DNA from: a virus
DNA length: 64,000 nt
IMG/VR virus record: IMGVR_UViG_3300032249_000861
Span: 32,001 to 96,000 of that record
Reading direction: 5' to 3' (one strand)
The notes under the pieces were generated by a model, which worked only from the letters and a program-made list of their open reading frames with translations, was not told the origin of the DNA and did no database searches. The stretch's first letter is position 1, and each line of letters starts with the position of its first letter. Positions 35,901 through 43,958 of this stretch are shown here, one piece after another. Made by a program: the position numbers and the translations under genes.

Positions 35901-36518
35901 ACAAGTATAATTGAATCAAATATTGATTATACTCTAGATATTGGTGCTTATACAATTATACCCATTGGTACAGATTCTTATAATGTTGTCCAGTCTTCTT
36001 ATAGAAAATATTGGCTACCCAACCTTAATGAGTGGCATAAGGCAGCTTATTTTGAACCAGTAGATGTTAATGCTTATGCTGGTACGTCAACAGTTATGGT
36101 TAAGAGAGATGATCCTTATCTTGTTGGTTCTGGTGTTGATACAGATACCAAAAAATTTAAGGAGCTATTTGCTAATCTAAGCATTAGTGGATGGTTGTAT
36201 GTTGACCATTTAATAGTTGGAGATGGAACAATACGGTCATCTAAAAAATTTACCGGCTTAGTCCCTCCGACTGGTAATCCTGCTACTACCCAAGGCGAAG
36301 ACACGACAACACAGTCTACTGGTGGTATCAGGTTGCCACCTACCTCATTAGATGATATTATTAATAAAGACAATAATGCTGCAGAATCAACATCTGCAAC
36401 AACATCTGTTGGAACAAGTATACCTGGCATTCCGTTAAGAAGAGTTCAAGATACTGATTGTGCTGAAAATCCACCTTGGTTCTGTAATCCTAACAATACT
36501 GGTCCAAGCTTATTTTAG
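32988..36518 (+). CDS. tail fibre-like protein with permuted FGE-sulfatase (CLec-fold) domain
   Basis: Fibre-type motifs (SLQYKQG.NFA, GRLGLN..P...FHIV); FGE half-motifs YDQNGNASEW..GFRVA followed by YRIGKYEVTN..WLP..NEW.KAAY. Confidence 0.7.
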   Translation: MANKLVKVFDNIGFNFQIINGKISPIKTLVGFNGLNQKHVGYYIPYICRNKKLNLLEIGIGDVQNDDSGNVIINKHKIVVSSNNNNAVNFENDSNNEFFVFANQNIFNSSISNVVVIDSNTFIDNVSAIYLADCSNQSVSVTLPEISQAENLVLEFKNISPNHDLIIRDSKGGSVTILDGQKSYSKLVTTNDQWISLDNNNSTEYLNTQSSEPILSAQSSPVGDDFSLQYKQGSNFADSNMYWDSVNNDLLLGADNSTDAYSVIPTSGNRPLYINQKKLNSDLVVYGSGNRNLFFSYDGRLGLNIPSGSRPSTIFHIVNTVCQEGFRLENRNACHPADITLFHKPNSAIVNGSIISQINLAGKNTSGNKTDYGSIEALAINTTANLEEGGLQFKIAAASTGVKVFDSNYSATTVGYSGNSLTINRTGSTVLQNNNTSVTLSSSSVNISGSAVTLNTSNLVLGGAGSSVSVPGAIAAGPISATSLQSNTIIAPNIGSGSFITTNGDNRLVGSTTMSVNSLGTLNLPITPNKLLQTTTNGAITGIYSTDDYFRTDGDIVWNKYTQRLASACLKQITFVNPVSVDEYSVGDQLAIVSSSSTFYRRIADVYVENNAITGLLVDQDVSPTDIDGITVYSVTKGGYLDIQVSTEEGVISDSTKNVISARPGTSTLFNTLQKDIDFSVYGIDSTPALKIKANSGKISIISGMYRAFSPKHELPAFPIVVTTGGVGISNLYSSANFNYSNTQNLFSGIVSDVGSNGLPSHYGTYDQNGNASEWIEKPGMLESRDKEEFVAGGSYSTSNAIEGKVLKHVETLIRATGYSYVGFRVASLYNTTDPTNISAPDKLSMSFVGVVDPQNTEDVSTTYIRSTTGGIEQFNSIVINNLGVVDSMYRIGKYEVTNKQYCQFLNVVAKNNDRRLYDSKMGSDAVGGIDRIFDAEYIYIVKPNMDNKPAVFVSYLSAIRFINWLHNGAATSIIESNIDYTLDIGAYTIIPIGTDSYNVVQSSYRKYWLPNLNEWHKAAYFEPVDVNAYAGTSTVMVKRDDPYLVGSGVDTDTKKFKELFANLSISGWLYVDHLIVGDGTIRSSKKFTGLVPPTGNPATTQGEDTTTQSTGGIRLPPTSLDDIINKDNNAAESTSATTSVGTSIPGIPLRRVQDTDCAENPPWFCNPNNTGPSLF

Positions 36519-36537
36519 AAAGCATTAAGGAATAATT

Positions 36538-39021
36538 ATGAGTACTCCATGGTACACAATATTCGGTCCTAGGTCTTGGCCAGGAGTAGAAATCAATACC
36601 GGCAATAAAAAAATAGATGCTGTGTATTATAACCTTTTGAGTGATAACAATGTTCAATTAGCTGCTAGCGGAGTAATGTGGTTAGTTGCTGGTACTGGTA
36701 TCAGAATGATTACTCCTGGTTATGTTGATGTTAGCGGACTAAGAGCACATACTATGCTTTTTAAGGAAGCTAAGAGAATTGATAATAGTGGACAGATTAT
36801 ACCTACTTATATCGGAAGCACAGGATCTGTAGTATATAAATATGATGATCATAATCTTGCTGGTATTCCTAGTAATGAATTAGTATATAATACTGGTATT
36901 GGTAAATTAACAATGCCATCTAAACCGCTAGGAATGTTATATGTTAGTAAAGGGAATACTATAGAGGGAGAAGCTCCTACAAAAGAATTTGGATCATTTG
37001 AAGAGATCGTTCCGGTACCAACAATAGTTGTCCCAGGCGAAGACGGTGCTCCTCCAACCATAGTTCCTTCATATGTTACAGTAAATACTCATGCTATATT
37101 TACCAGCGGCATATCTATATATCCTAATTTAGATAGCTATAAGGGAAGTATTCTAACCCATATGGGTTCTGGAAATAAAGTAGAATGGTCTAATGCTCCG
37201 TACTTAAAAGCAGATGGGGCCACATGGACAAGGTTTCCTAAAAGGCCAATATTTATTGACGGAGATAGAATAATATTTTATAGAGACCAGCCAGCATGGG
37301 CACAAGACTGGGTTAATAGTCCAACACCAGAAATACTTAAAAAAGAATTTGGTATTGGTGAGGATACTATAGAATTGATAACGTTAAAGGACAGATCTGT
37401 TACACAAGTTAAGTTTGCTACCACAATTCTTTACGGTGTTGGAGATGTTCAAACAGAAGATGGTCCAGACTTATTGACTCCATTAACATCTCTATTTACT
37501 ACCGTATCATTTATTGATCCTGATGACACGGCTTCTGGACTAGAAAAAATAGGCTACGCTGTTAAAATCTGTAGTCCAAAACCATGGGATGGAACAGCAA
37601 AAACTAATACTAATGGATATGCATTTTCTGTTACTAAGGGAGCTTATCTTAGTATGCAGTTGTCTCCAGATGCTACTAAGAGATTTAATTGTATTGATGG
37701 GTTTCCTAACAGCCCATTCAGATTTAAACCAAGCACATCAAATAATATTAGCATAAGACCAAATGTTAATACTGGTTTTAATTTACTAGCAGAAAATATT
37801 GACTTCATGGTTTTTGGTCAACGCCAAACAAAGTTCAATAATTATGAAGAAGAGTTATTTGATTTAGACGACTCTCTTACGCCTAGTGGTTTAATTCCAG
37901 CGTTTAAGATAGATGCCAATATACCCAATGCTGCTAGTGGTACTGTAGAGTCAGGGGTTTACTATGTTAAATACTTAGATAGAGCTAGACTTAATCCTTC
38001 GGGATGGAGTTATGACAGTAATCCAAAAATTACTATAAACTCTAAGACAGCATATCAGATATCTTCATTAGCTACTGGAATTAATGCTGGACTAGGTCTA
38101 TATGCTGATTTAACAGTAAGCGGAATAACCTACAGCACTCAGCTTATAGCAGATAAAATATTCTTGAATCCAAAGCCAACAGATGATAACTCTGGTGGGT
38201 ATATTGCTAATTCATTGCTTACTCTCGACAGATCCGGAAGGGTCATCTCTCGTGTTCCTAGACAAAATCCCACAGTTCCATCAGCACCAAGTGGCATAAG
38301 ACTAGATCCTGGTCATACTAATGGAATAGGAAACACAGAAGTTTCTCTCGTATGGATATCGCCAGAGAATGATGGTAGAAGTGCTTTGTTAGGTTATTCT
38401 CTACAGTTCTCTAGTAACGACGGAGAAACATGGACAGACTTACCGAATACCTTATATAGTATTGACAGAGCGTCAGAAGTTACTCCATTAGCAACTATTG
38501 TTGGATTATCTCCTCTTATCTCATATAGATTTAGAGTTGCTGCACAAAATGGAATTGGTGTTGGAGATTATTCAAGTGGTTCTGCTCCTATTGTTCCTGG
38601 TTCTGAAGTTCCCAAAAGACCAGATAATTTCACTTCTAGTAGAGTATTTGATGAAACACTGTATTCTAATATACTTCTTTCTTGGGATCCTCCTCAAGCC
38701 GGAGCAGATTCTGTATTGGGATATGTTATCGAAGAGTCAACAGATGGCGGAGCAACTTGGCAATACTACAATTTACCAACAGCACTAATATCCTCAGATT
38801 CAGAGTTAATATCAGCAACAGAGTCTGTTGTAGATTATGTATATAAAATATCAGCATGGAATTCTTACGGTCAGAGTGCTTTTGCCTATACTTATGTTCA
38901 GGGTAATGCTATTGATGAAGCTGATCCTGAGGAAGAAGCTAGACAAGAAGAAACAGCAAATGACGTTTTAAGTAATTGGGATTTCGGAAAAGTACTATTT
39001 ACAGGAGTATGCCCCACATGA
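36538..39021 (+). CDS. tail-associated protein with two C-terminal fibronectin type III domains
   Basis: PSAP...VSLVW.SP..DG..L.GY...W...GL.P...YRFRVAAQNGIG.G.YS, followed by a second FN3 domain (about 38270-38900). Confidence 0.8.
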   Translation: MSTPWYTIFGPRSWPGVEINTGNKKIDAVYYNLLSDNNVQLAASGVMWLVAGTGIRMITPGYVDVSGLRAHTMLFKEAKRIDNSGQIIPTYIGSTGSVVYKYDDHNLAGIPSNELVYNTGIGKLTMPSKPLGMLYVSKGNTIEGEAPTKEFGSFEEIVPVPTIVVPGEDGAPPTIVPSYVTVNTHAIFTSGISIYPNLDSYKGSILTHMGSGNKVEWSNAPYLKADGATWTRFPKRPIFIDGDRIIFYRDQPAWAQDWVNSPTPEILKKEFGIGEDTIELITLKDRSVTQVKFATTILYGVGDVQTEDGPDLLTPLTSLFTTVSFIDPDDTASGLEKIGYAVKICSPKPWDGTAKTNTNGYAFSVTKGAYLSMQLSPDATKRFNCIDGFPNSPFRFKPSTSNNISIRPNVNTGFNLLAENIDFMVFGQRQTKFNNYEEELFDLDDSLTPSGLIPAFKIDANIPNAASGTVESGVYYVKYLDRARLNPSGWSYDSNPKITINSKTAYQISSLATGINAGLGLYADLTVSGITYSTQLIADKIFLNPKPTDDNSGGYIANSLLTLDRSGRVISRVPRQNPTVPSAPSGIRLDPGHTNGIGNTEVSLVWISPENDGRSALLGYSLQFSSNDGETWTDLPNTLYSIDRASEVTPLATIVGLSPLISYRFRVAAQNGIGVGDYSSGSAPIVPGSEVPKRPDNFTSSRVFDETLYSNILLSWDPPQAGADSVLGYVIEESTDGGATWQYYNLPTALISSDSELISATESVVDYVYKISAWNSYGQSAFAYTYVQGNAIDEADPEEEARQEETANDVLSNWDFGKVLFTGVCPT

Positions 39022-39587
39022 GCCTTCTACTATTTAAAAGAGACGAAACAGGATTCGGTCATCCATCACCAGAACAGTTATCTGTCGGAGAAATTGTTAT
39101 CAATAGCGTCACAGGCAAACTATATACTAAGTTAGTAGATGGTTCTGTTATAGAGTTTATAGGACAAAAAATTTGTTTTGATCCTCTTCCAGAAATATTT
39201 ACACTGTATGAAAATTCATTAATATCCAATGATATTGTTACTAATTTTTGTTGTACTGGTGCTTTATTAGAATTTGAGGTTAAAAAACTAAAGTTAGAAC
39301 CAACACCGTATTCTTTTAGATTTATAGAACTAACGAATAATGCTGACCCGCAAGATATAACAATCCAAGCCCCTAAATTTTCTATATACGAAGAGATTAC
39401 CCCTGCAACACCACCGAGTACAACAGTGACTACTCTAACATACAGAAAAGCTATTGTTCCAATTAACTTAGCTATAAATCTAAGCACTCAAGGGATTAGT
39501 TTGTTTAAGTTTGGTGTTATAGGAGATCCTAGTAGACCACCAATATTAGAAAAAATTGTAACCATCAGATGTCAAGAATCAATATAG
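39018..39587 (+). CDS. short protein with long-tail-fibre-type N-terminal attachment motif
   Basis: Start reassigned to ATG 39018 (ATGA overlap); LFKR...P...QL..GEIVIN...GKLYTK resembles the T4 gp34-type N-terminus. Confidence 0.6.
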   Translation: MSLLLFKRDETGFGHPSPEQLSVGEIVINSVTGKLYTKLVDGSVIEFIGQKICFDPLPEIFTLYENSLISNDIVTNFCCTGALLEFEVKKLKLEPTPYSFRFIELTNNADPQDITIQAPKFSIYEEITPATPPSTTVTTLTYRKAIVPINLAINLSTQGISLFKFGVIGDPSRPPILEKIVTIRCQESI

Positions 39588-39597
39588 GACAACCTTT

Positions 39598-40485
39598 ATG
39601 ATAAATACTATTAATCACAGTCTAGAAGAAGGTGAAGCTGGATTACTACTTCGTTTTAATGTTGATTTAGCACAGCTCAAAAAGAGAGACCAGTATATCG
39701 TTCAGTTTGATTCTCCTGTTTCGTTGCCATATGATCCTCCTGTTACTCTGTCTTTCACACCAGACCCACCATCCTATTCGATTATAAATAGTGGCGGAAT
39801 TATTCCACAAATTTTTGTTAAAATCAAATCTCTTCACAGAGCAGAAACTAAAACTTTACTAAGATTAACTATTAAAGACGTATATAATAATATTTTATAT
39901 ATTGACTATTTGTTAATAGTTTGTTCACCACAGTCCACACTAAAATTTGACGCATCACTATTACCGTCAAATATTGCTGGTAATATCGGAGATAATGGCG
40001 GTAGTAGAATTAAATTATCTCAACCAAATACCATTAGATTAGATAAGGGAATGTCAGTTAAAGGTCCTGGTCTATCTGATAGTATATCATATACTATTAG
40101 AACCATAGAAACTAATGACACTATTGAATTAGATAAATTAATACCAACATTTGATAATAGAACAATAACTGGAACATTTATTTTTACTAGAATTACAGGA
40201 TGTGTCGATCCTGGCTTACTATCTCTAAGATCGTCTCAGCCAGTATATACGATTTTAGATTTTAGTAATAATTGGACATACGAAATTGGTAATAGAATTA
40301 TTGCTCAGTTTATTGTAGAGAATAAAAACGATAATCTAGATACTCTCGTATTATTGCCAATTAAAAATGCTTCTTTGTTAAATAATTCTGACAACTCGGC
40401 TTCAATACCAAGCATCTCTGTAATTAAAGGTGCGGGTAGAGTTATAGGCGATTCTCAGTGTTTATCCGAACTAGTTTTTAGTTAA
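39598..40485 (+). CDS. beta-rich tail-associated hypothetical protein
   Basis: GMSVKGPGL..I..I...TIEL motif seen in phage structural proteins; operon context. Confidence 0.55.
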   Translation: MINTINHSLEEGEAGLLLRFNVDLAQLKKRDQYIVQFDSPVSLPYDPPVTLSFTPDPPSYSIINSGGIIPQIFVKIKSLHRAETKTLLRLTIKDVYNNILYIDYLLIVCSPQSTLKFDASLLPSNIAGNIGDNGGSRIKLSQPNTIRLDKGMSVKGPGLSDSISYTIRTIETNDTIELDKLIPTFDNRTITGTFIFTRITGCVDPGLLSLRSSQPVYTILDFSNNWTYEIGNRIIAQFIVENKNDNLDTLVLLPIKNASLLNNSDNSASIPSISVIKGAGRVIGDSQCLSELVFS

Positions 40486-40502
40486 TTGATAAAATAATAG
40501 CA

Positions 40503-40520
40503 TGGTGTAATTAATTATGA
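40503..40520 (+). promoter_or_regulatory. candidate late-promoter motif TGGTGTAA
   Basis: Second intergenic copy, 42 nt before ATG 40545. Confidence 0.35.
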
Positions 40521-40544
40521 GTTTCCATATTTTGAGTAAATAAT

Positions 40545-41744
40545 ATGATTATAAATAGCCAGTTTTTTATTACATACTACATAGGCACAGAGCCACTTCC
40601 GCTCAAAACCGTACCACCATCACTACCTATCAATAGTGTTGGTCGCATAGAATACGACACTTTCATACAAGCCATAGACACAATTTACGGCAGTCAAACT
40701 CTGGATGGTTCGATTCCAAAATTCTGGACTAGAAGAACCCAGTCCGTTGATCGATTAGGAAATATCAGATATTTTTATGAACCACACCCTGATTCTACAT
40801 TATCTCAATTAGATAGTAAGTCTTCTTATTATTTTATTATTAGAGATACTACAGAAATTCCACTTAGAGTTCCTTCTGTTGGTGGATTATTATTAGGGTT
40901 TACAGATGCTAATAAATTACCAAATGTTCTACCAAGCAGCATACCAAACACAGGACTGTCTACCGATAGTAAATATGCTTTCTCTCCAAAGATCGAAAAT
41001 TTACAACCTTACGAACAATACAGATACGAATTTAAAACAGTTAACTCTAATTGGCCAGTAAGTATTAGCTCCATATCTGGCATAATTAAACCATCAACCG
41101 ACAGAGCTTCTATAGAGAGCAGTATCGGTTTCTGTCCCAGTACTGGAAATTGTGATACTAATATCATGCCTTTTACACTACCAGAAGAATGTACCTTATC
41201 TGGTTCTGATAATAAAACAATTACTATGCAGTTGTCAATAATGCCAGTATCTTACAATGGTATGGAAGTATTGAGTAATCAGTTTACAATTGAGTGTAAA
41301 GACTGTTTGCCAAAACCTTCCATAGTCATTTCTGGAAAATCTTCTCCTCTTGTAGTAGAACCCACAGGAGATGATGCAGAGCCTGCGTCTTATTCCTTTG
41401 AGTTGCTTACCAAAAATTTAGAATTAGATAAAAGCTATTCCTATAATATTGAAGTATTGAGATCAGAGTGGCCATTCCTATTTACTACTCCGACATCTGG
41501 TAATATAATAATTAAATCTTCAACAGACAAGCCTTCACTAGATGGTAAAATATTTTTCTGTCCAACAACTGGGCTATGTCCACCAAATATTAATGGTGTT
41601 GGTAGCTACTCTGTTCCATCATATCCAAAATTCTTAACCGGAGCAGCGTCCTATAATGTTACTCTAAGAGCCGTATTAAATTCTGCTGAGTGCGATACAG
41701 AAACCATATATAGTTTACCTATCACCATATCATATAAAAATTAA
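40545..41744 (+). CDS. Cys-rich repeat protein (2 repeats)
   Basis: Y.Y.F....NWP..IS..SG...FCP.TG.C...C..CLP repeat unit. Confidence 0.75.
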   Translation: MIINSQFFITYYIGTEPLPLKTVPPSLPINSVGRIEYDTFIQAIDTIYGSQTLDGSIPKFWTRRTQSVDRLGNIRYFYEPHPDSTLSQLDSKSSYYFIIRDTTEIPLRVPSVGGLLLGFTDANKLPNVLPSSIPNTGLSTDSKYAFSPKIENLQPYEQYRYEFKTVNSNWPVSISSISGIIKPSTDRASIESSIGFCPSTGNCDTNIMPFTLPEECTLSGSDNKTITMQLSIMPVSYNGMEVLSNQFTIECKDCLPKPSIVISGKSSPLVVEPTGDDAEPASYSFELLTKNLELDKSYSYNIEVLRSEWPFLFTTPTSGNIIIKSSTDKPSLDGKIFFCPTTGLCPPNINGVGSYSVPSYPKFLTGAASYNVTLRAVLNSAECDTETIYSLPITISYKN

Positions 41745-41747
41745 ACC

Positions 41748-43940
41748 ATGAATACAGAACAACCATCTTCACAAACTAACTTTGTATCTTTAGCTGATAC
41801 AACAGAACCAACAAAAGGCCATATCCAAGATCTATCTGCATCGGTTAAAGGATTAATAAAAAGATTAGAATATAAATATGAAATAGAGGGATTGGGAGCA
41901 AATTGGCCATTGGCCATAGTGCCTATTTCTGGTACGTTTATTGCCGCTTCAAGAACAGCAGAGATCAAAGTTAAAGCAGTTTTCTGTCCGAGTATTGCTT
42001 TGTGTCCTTCTGGCAGTCCTGATGTTTTAGACTATAGTTCTAATTATAGCTATGGTATTGATAAAACAAAAAATCTACTATTTTCTACAGTTAGAGCTAA
42101 AGTGTCTGAAGTAAATTCTAATAGTGATTTTCTATATAGCGAACCAGTCACACTCTCTTGTTCAAATTGCTTACCTCAAGTTGGTCCGAGAGTTATATTA
42201 CCGGATACTATGATATTAAATACTGGCACCAAAAATACTATTACCGTTAGTGGTGTTGCTAGTGGTATCTCTCCTGATATTAGATACTCTTACATATTTA
42301 AAGTACTAGATTCTACATGGCCTGTTGATCTGTATCCTATAAGCGGCACTGCCCAGAGCAATACCAATGAGCTTAAGCTATTTACTCAACTAGTATTTTG
42401 TAAAACTTCCGGACTATACGATTCTGGTATGTGTAGCGATTCAGATAAAAGAGCTACTGTTAGTTTAGAGCTATTGCCGTTGTCAGATGATTTTGAAACA
42501 GTGTCTATACTAGCTGTCAACGATACTGAAAAATTAGTCAGTAATAATAGTCTAATACATTGTAATAATTGTTTACCCTCAAATCCAAAAATTACTCTAC
42601 CAGAAACCCTAACATTGAATAGCAGTACTAAAAATACTATCGCTATTACTGGAACAATAAGTGGAATATCTCCCTACACAAGATACTCTTACGTGTTTAA
42701 AACACTAGATACTACTTGGCCAATTGAACTATATCCCATAAGTGGTACAGCATATACTAATGGTGAAGAGTGTAAAGTTTCCACCCAGGTGGTATTCTGT
42801 AAAAATTCTGGATCATATGATTCTGATGCTTGCGGTACTATTAAAAGCAAAAGAGCTACTATTAATTTAGAGGTAAGCTCTTTAAATAATGCTATTAAAT
42901 TAATAAGTAACGATAGTCTAATTTCATGTGATAATTGTATATCTTATCCTAAGGTTACTTTACCAGATATTGTCTTATTAGATGATAAAACCCAAAATAT
43001 CATTACTGTTAGTGGTGTTGCTAGTGGTATATCCCCAGATATTCGTTACTCATATAGATATAAGGTACTAGATGCCACATGGCCAGTTTCTCTTTATCCT
43101 TTGAGCGGAACTATTAAAAGTGCTACCGAAGTAGTATCAATACCAAGTCAGTTAGTATTTTGTGAAACATCAGGGAATTACCAAACTGACATGTGTGGCA
43201 CTCCTAAAGAGAAGAGAGCAACACTAAGTCTGGAACTAACGCCACTAGCATCAGATACTGAAACAGTATCAATTCTGTCTATTAATAATAGTAAGATTAT
43301 CAGCAACGACATGATTGCAGAATGTGACGGTTGTATACTATATCCCAACGTTTCCCTAGTCGCATTATCTTCAAATACCAAAGCTGTTACCTCTGGAGTC
43401 ATTCCTAATAGCGGAGTAAATCCGGCTGTGTCAGGATCAGGAGTATCAGCACTTGGAGATTTACAGCAGATGAGTTCTTCTGTACCGACTGTAGGTATAA
43501 CAACCTCTTCTACCAGTGTCCTACCAATAAGTACAAATAAGGCTAATAGAATAAATATTGCTGCTTCTATTCAAAATGTAAAAATTAATCGTACCTATAA
43601 TTATAGTTTAGAAAATATTGACTCTAATTGGCCGTTGTATGTAGGTTCTATATCTGGTCAAATTACCCCTGTTTCTAGTACCACCACACTAAATTTTGTT
43701 GGAGAGTTTTGTCCAGCTCCGTCGGTATGTCCATCTGGATCATCTGCTGTAATACCATATTCTACAGTTATTAGTCATACTAACTCTTATACATCATCAT
43801 CATTTAGACTTAAGCTGGTTGACCCGATCATTACAGGCTCTTATTATAGTAATAACATTAGGGTCTACTGTAGTGACTGCTCTCAGAATTTTGCCCCAAC
43901 TGTGGTGTCGTCTCAGGTTTCGGAAAACCCCTCTTGTTAA
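41748..43940 (+). CDS. Cys-rich repeat protein (5 repeats)
   Basis: Five WP-centred units joined by CxxC; DNA similarity between 42241-42290 and 43003-43051. Confidence 0.8.
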   Translation: MNTEQPSSQTNFVSLADTTEPTKGHIQDLSASVKGLIKRLEYKYEIEGLGANWPLAIVPISGTFIAASRTAEIKVKAVFCPSIALCPSGSPDVLDYSSNYSYGIDKTKNLLFSTVRAKVSEVNSNSDFLYSEPVTLSCSNCLPQVGPRVILPDTMILNTGTKNTITVSGVASGISPDIRYSYIFKVLDSTWPVDLYPISGTAQSNTNELKLFTQLVFCKTSGLYDSGMCSDSDKRATVSLELLPLSDDFETVSILAVNDTEKLVSNNSLIHCNNCLPSNPKITLPETLTLNSSTKNTIAITGTISGISPYTRYSYVFKTLDTTWPIELYPISGTAYTNGEECKVSTQVVFCKNSGSYDSDACGTIKSKRATINLEVSSLNNAIKLISNDSLISCDNCISYPKVTLPDIVLLDDKTQNIITVSGVASGISPDIRYSYRYKVLDATWPVSLYPLSGTIKSATEVVSIPSQLVFCETSGNYQTDMCGTPKEKRATLSLELTPLASDTETVSILSINNSKIISNDMIAECDGCILYPNVSLVALSSNTKAVTSGVIPNSGVNPAVSGSGVSALGDLQQMSSSVPTVGITTSSTSVLPISTNKANRINIAASIQNVKINRTYNYSLENIDSNWPLYVGSISGQITPVSSTTTLNFVGEFCPAPSVCPSGSSAVIPYSTVISHTNSYTSSSFRLKLVDPIITGSYYSNNIRVYCSDCSQNFAPTVVSSQVSENPSC

Positions 43941-43958
43941 ATAAATAAGGTATATATA

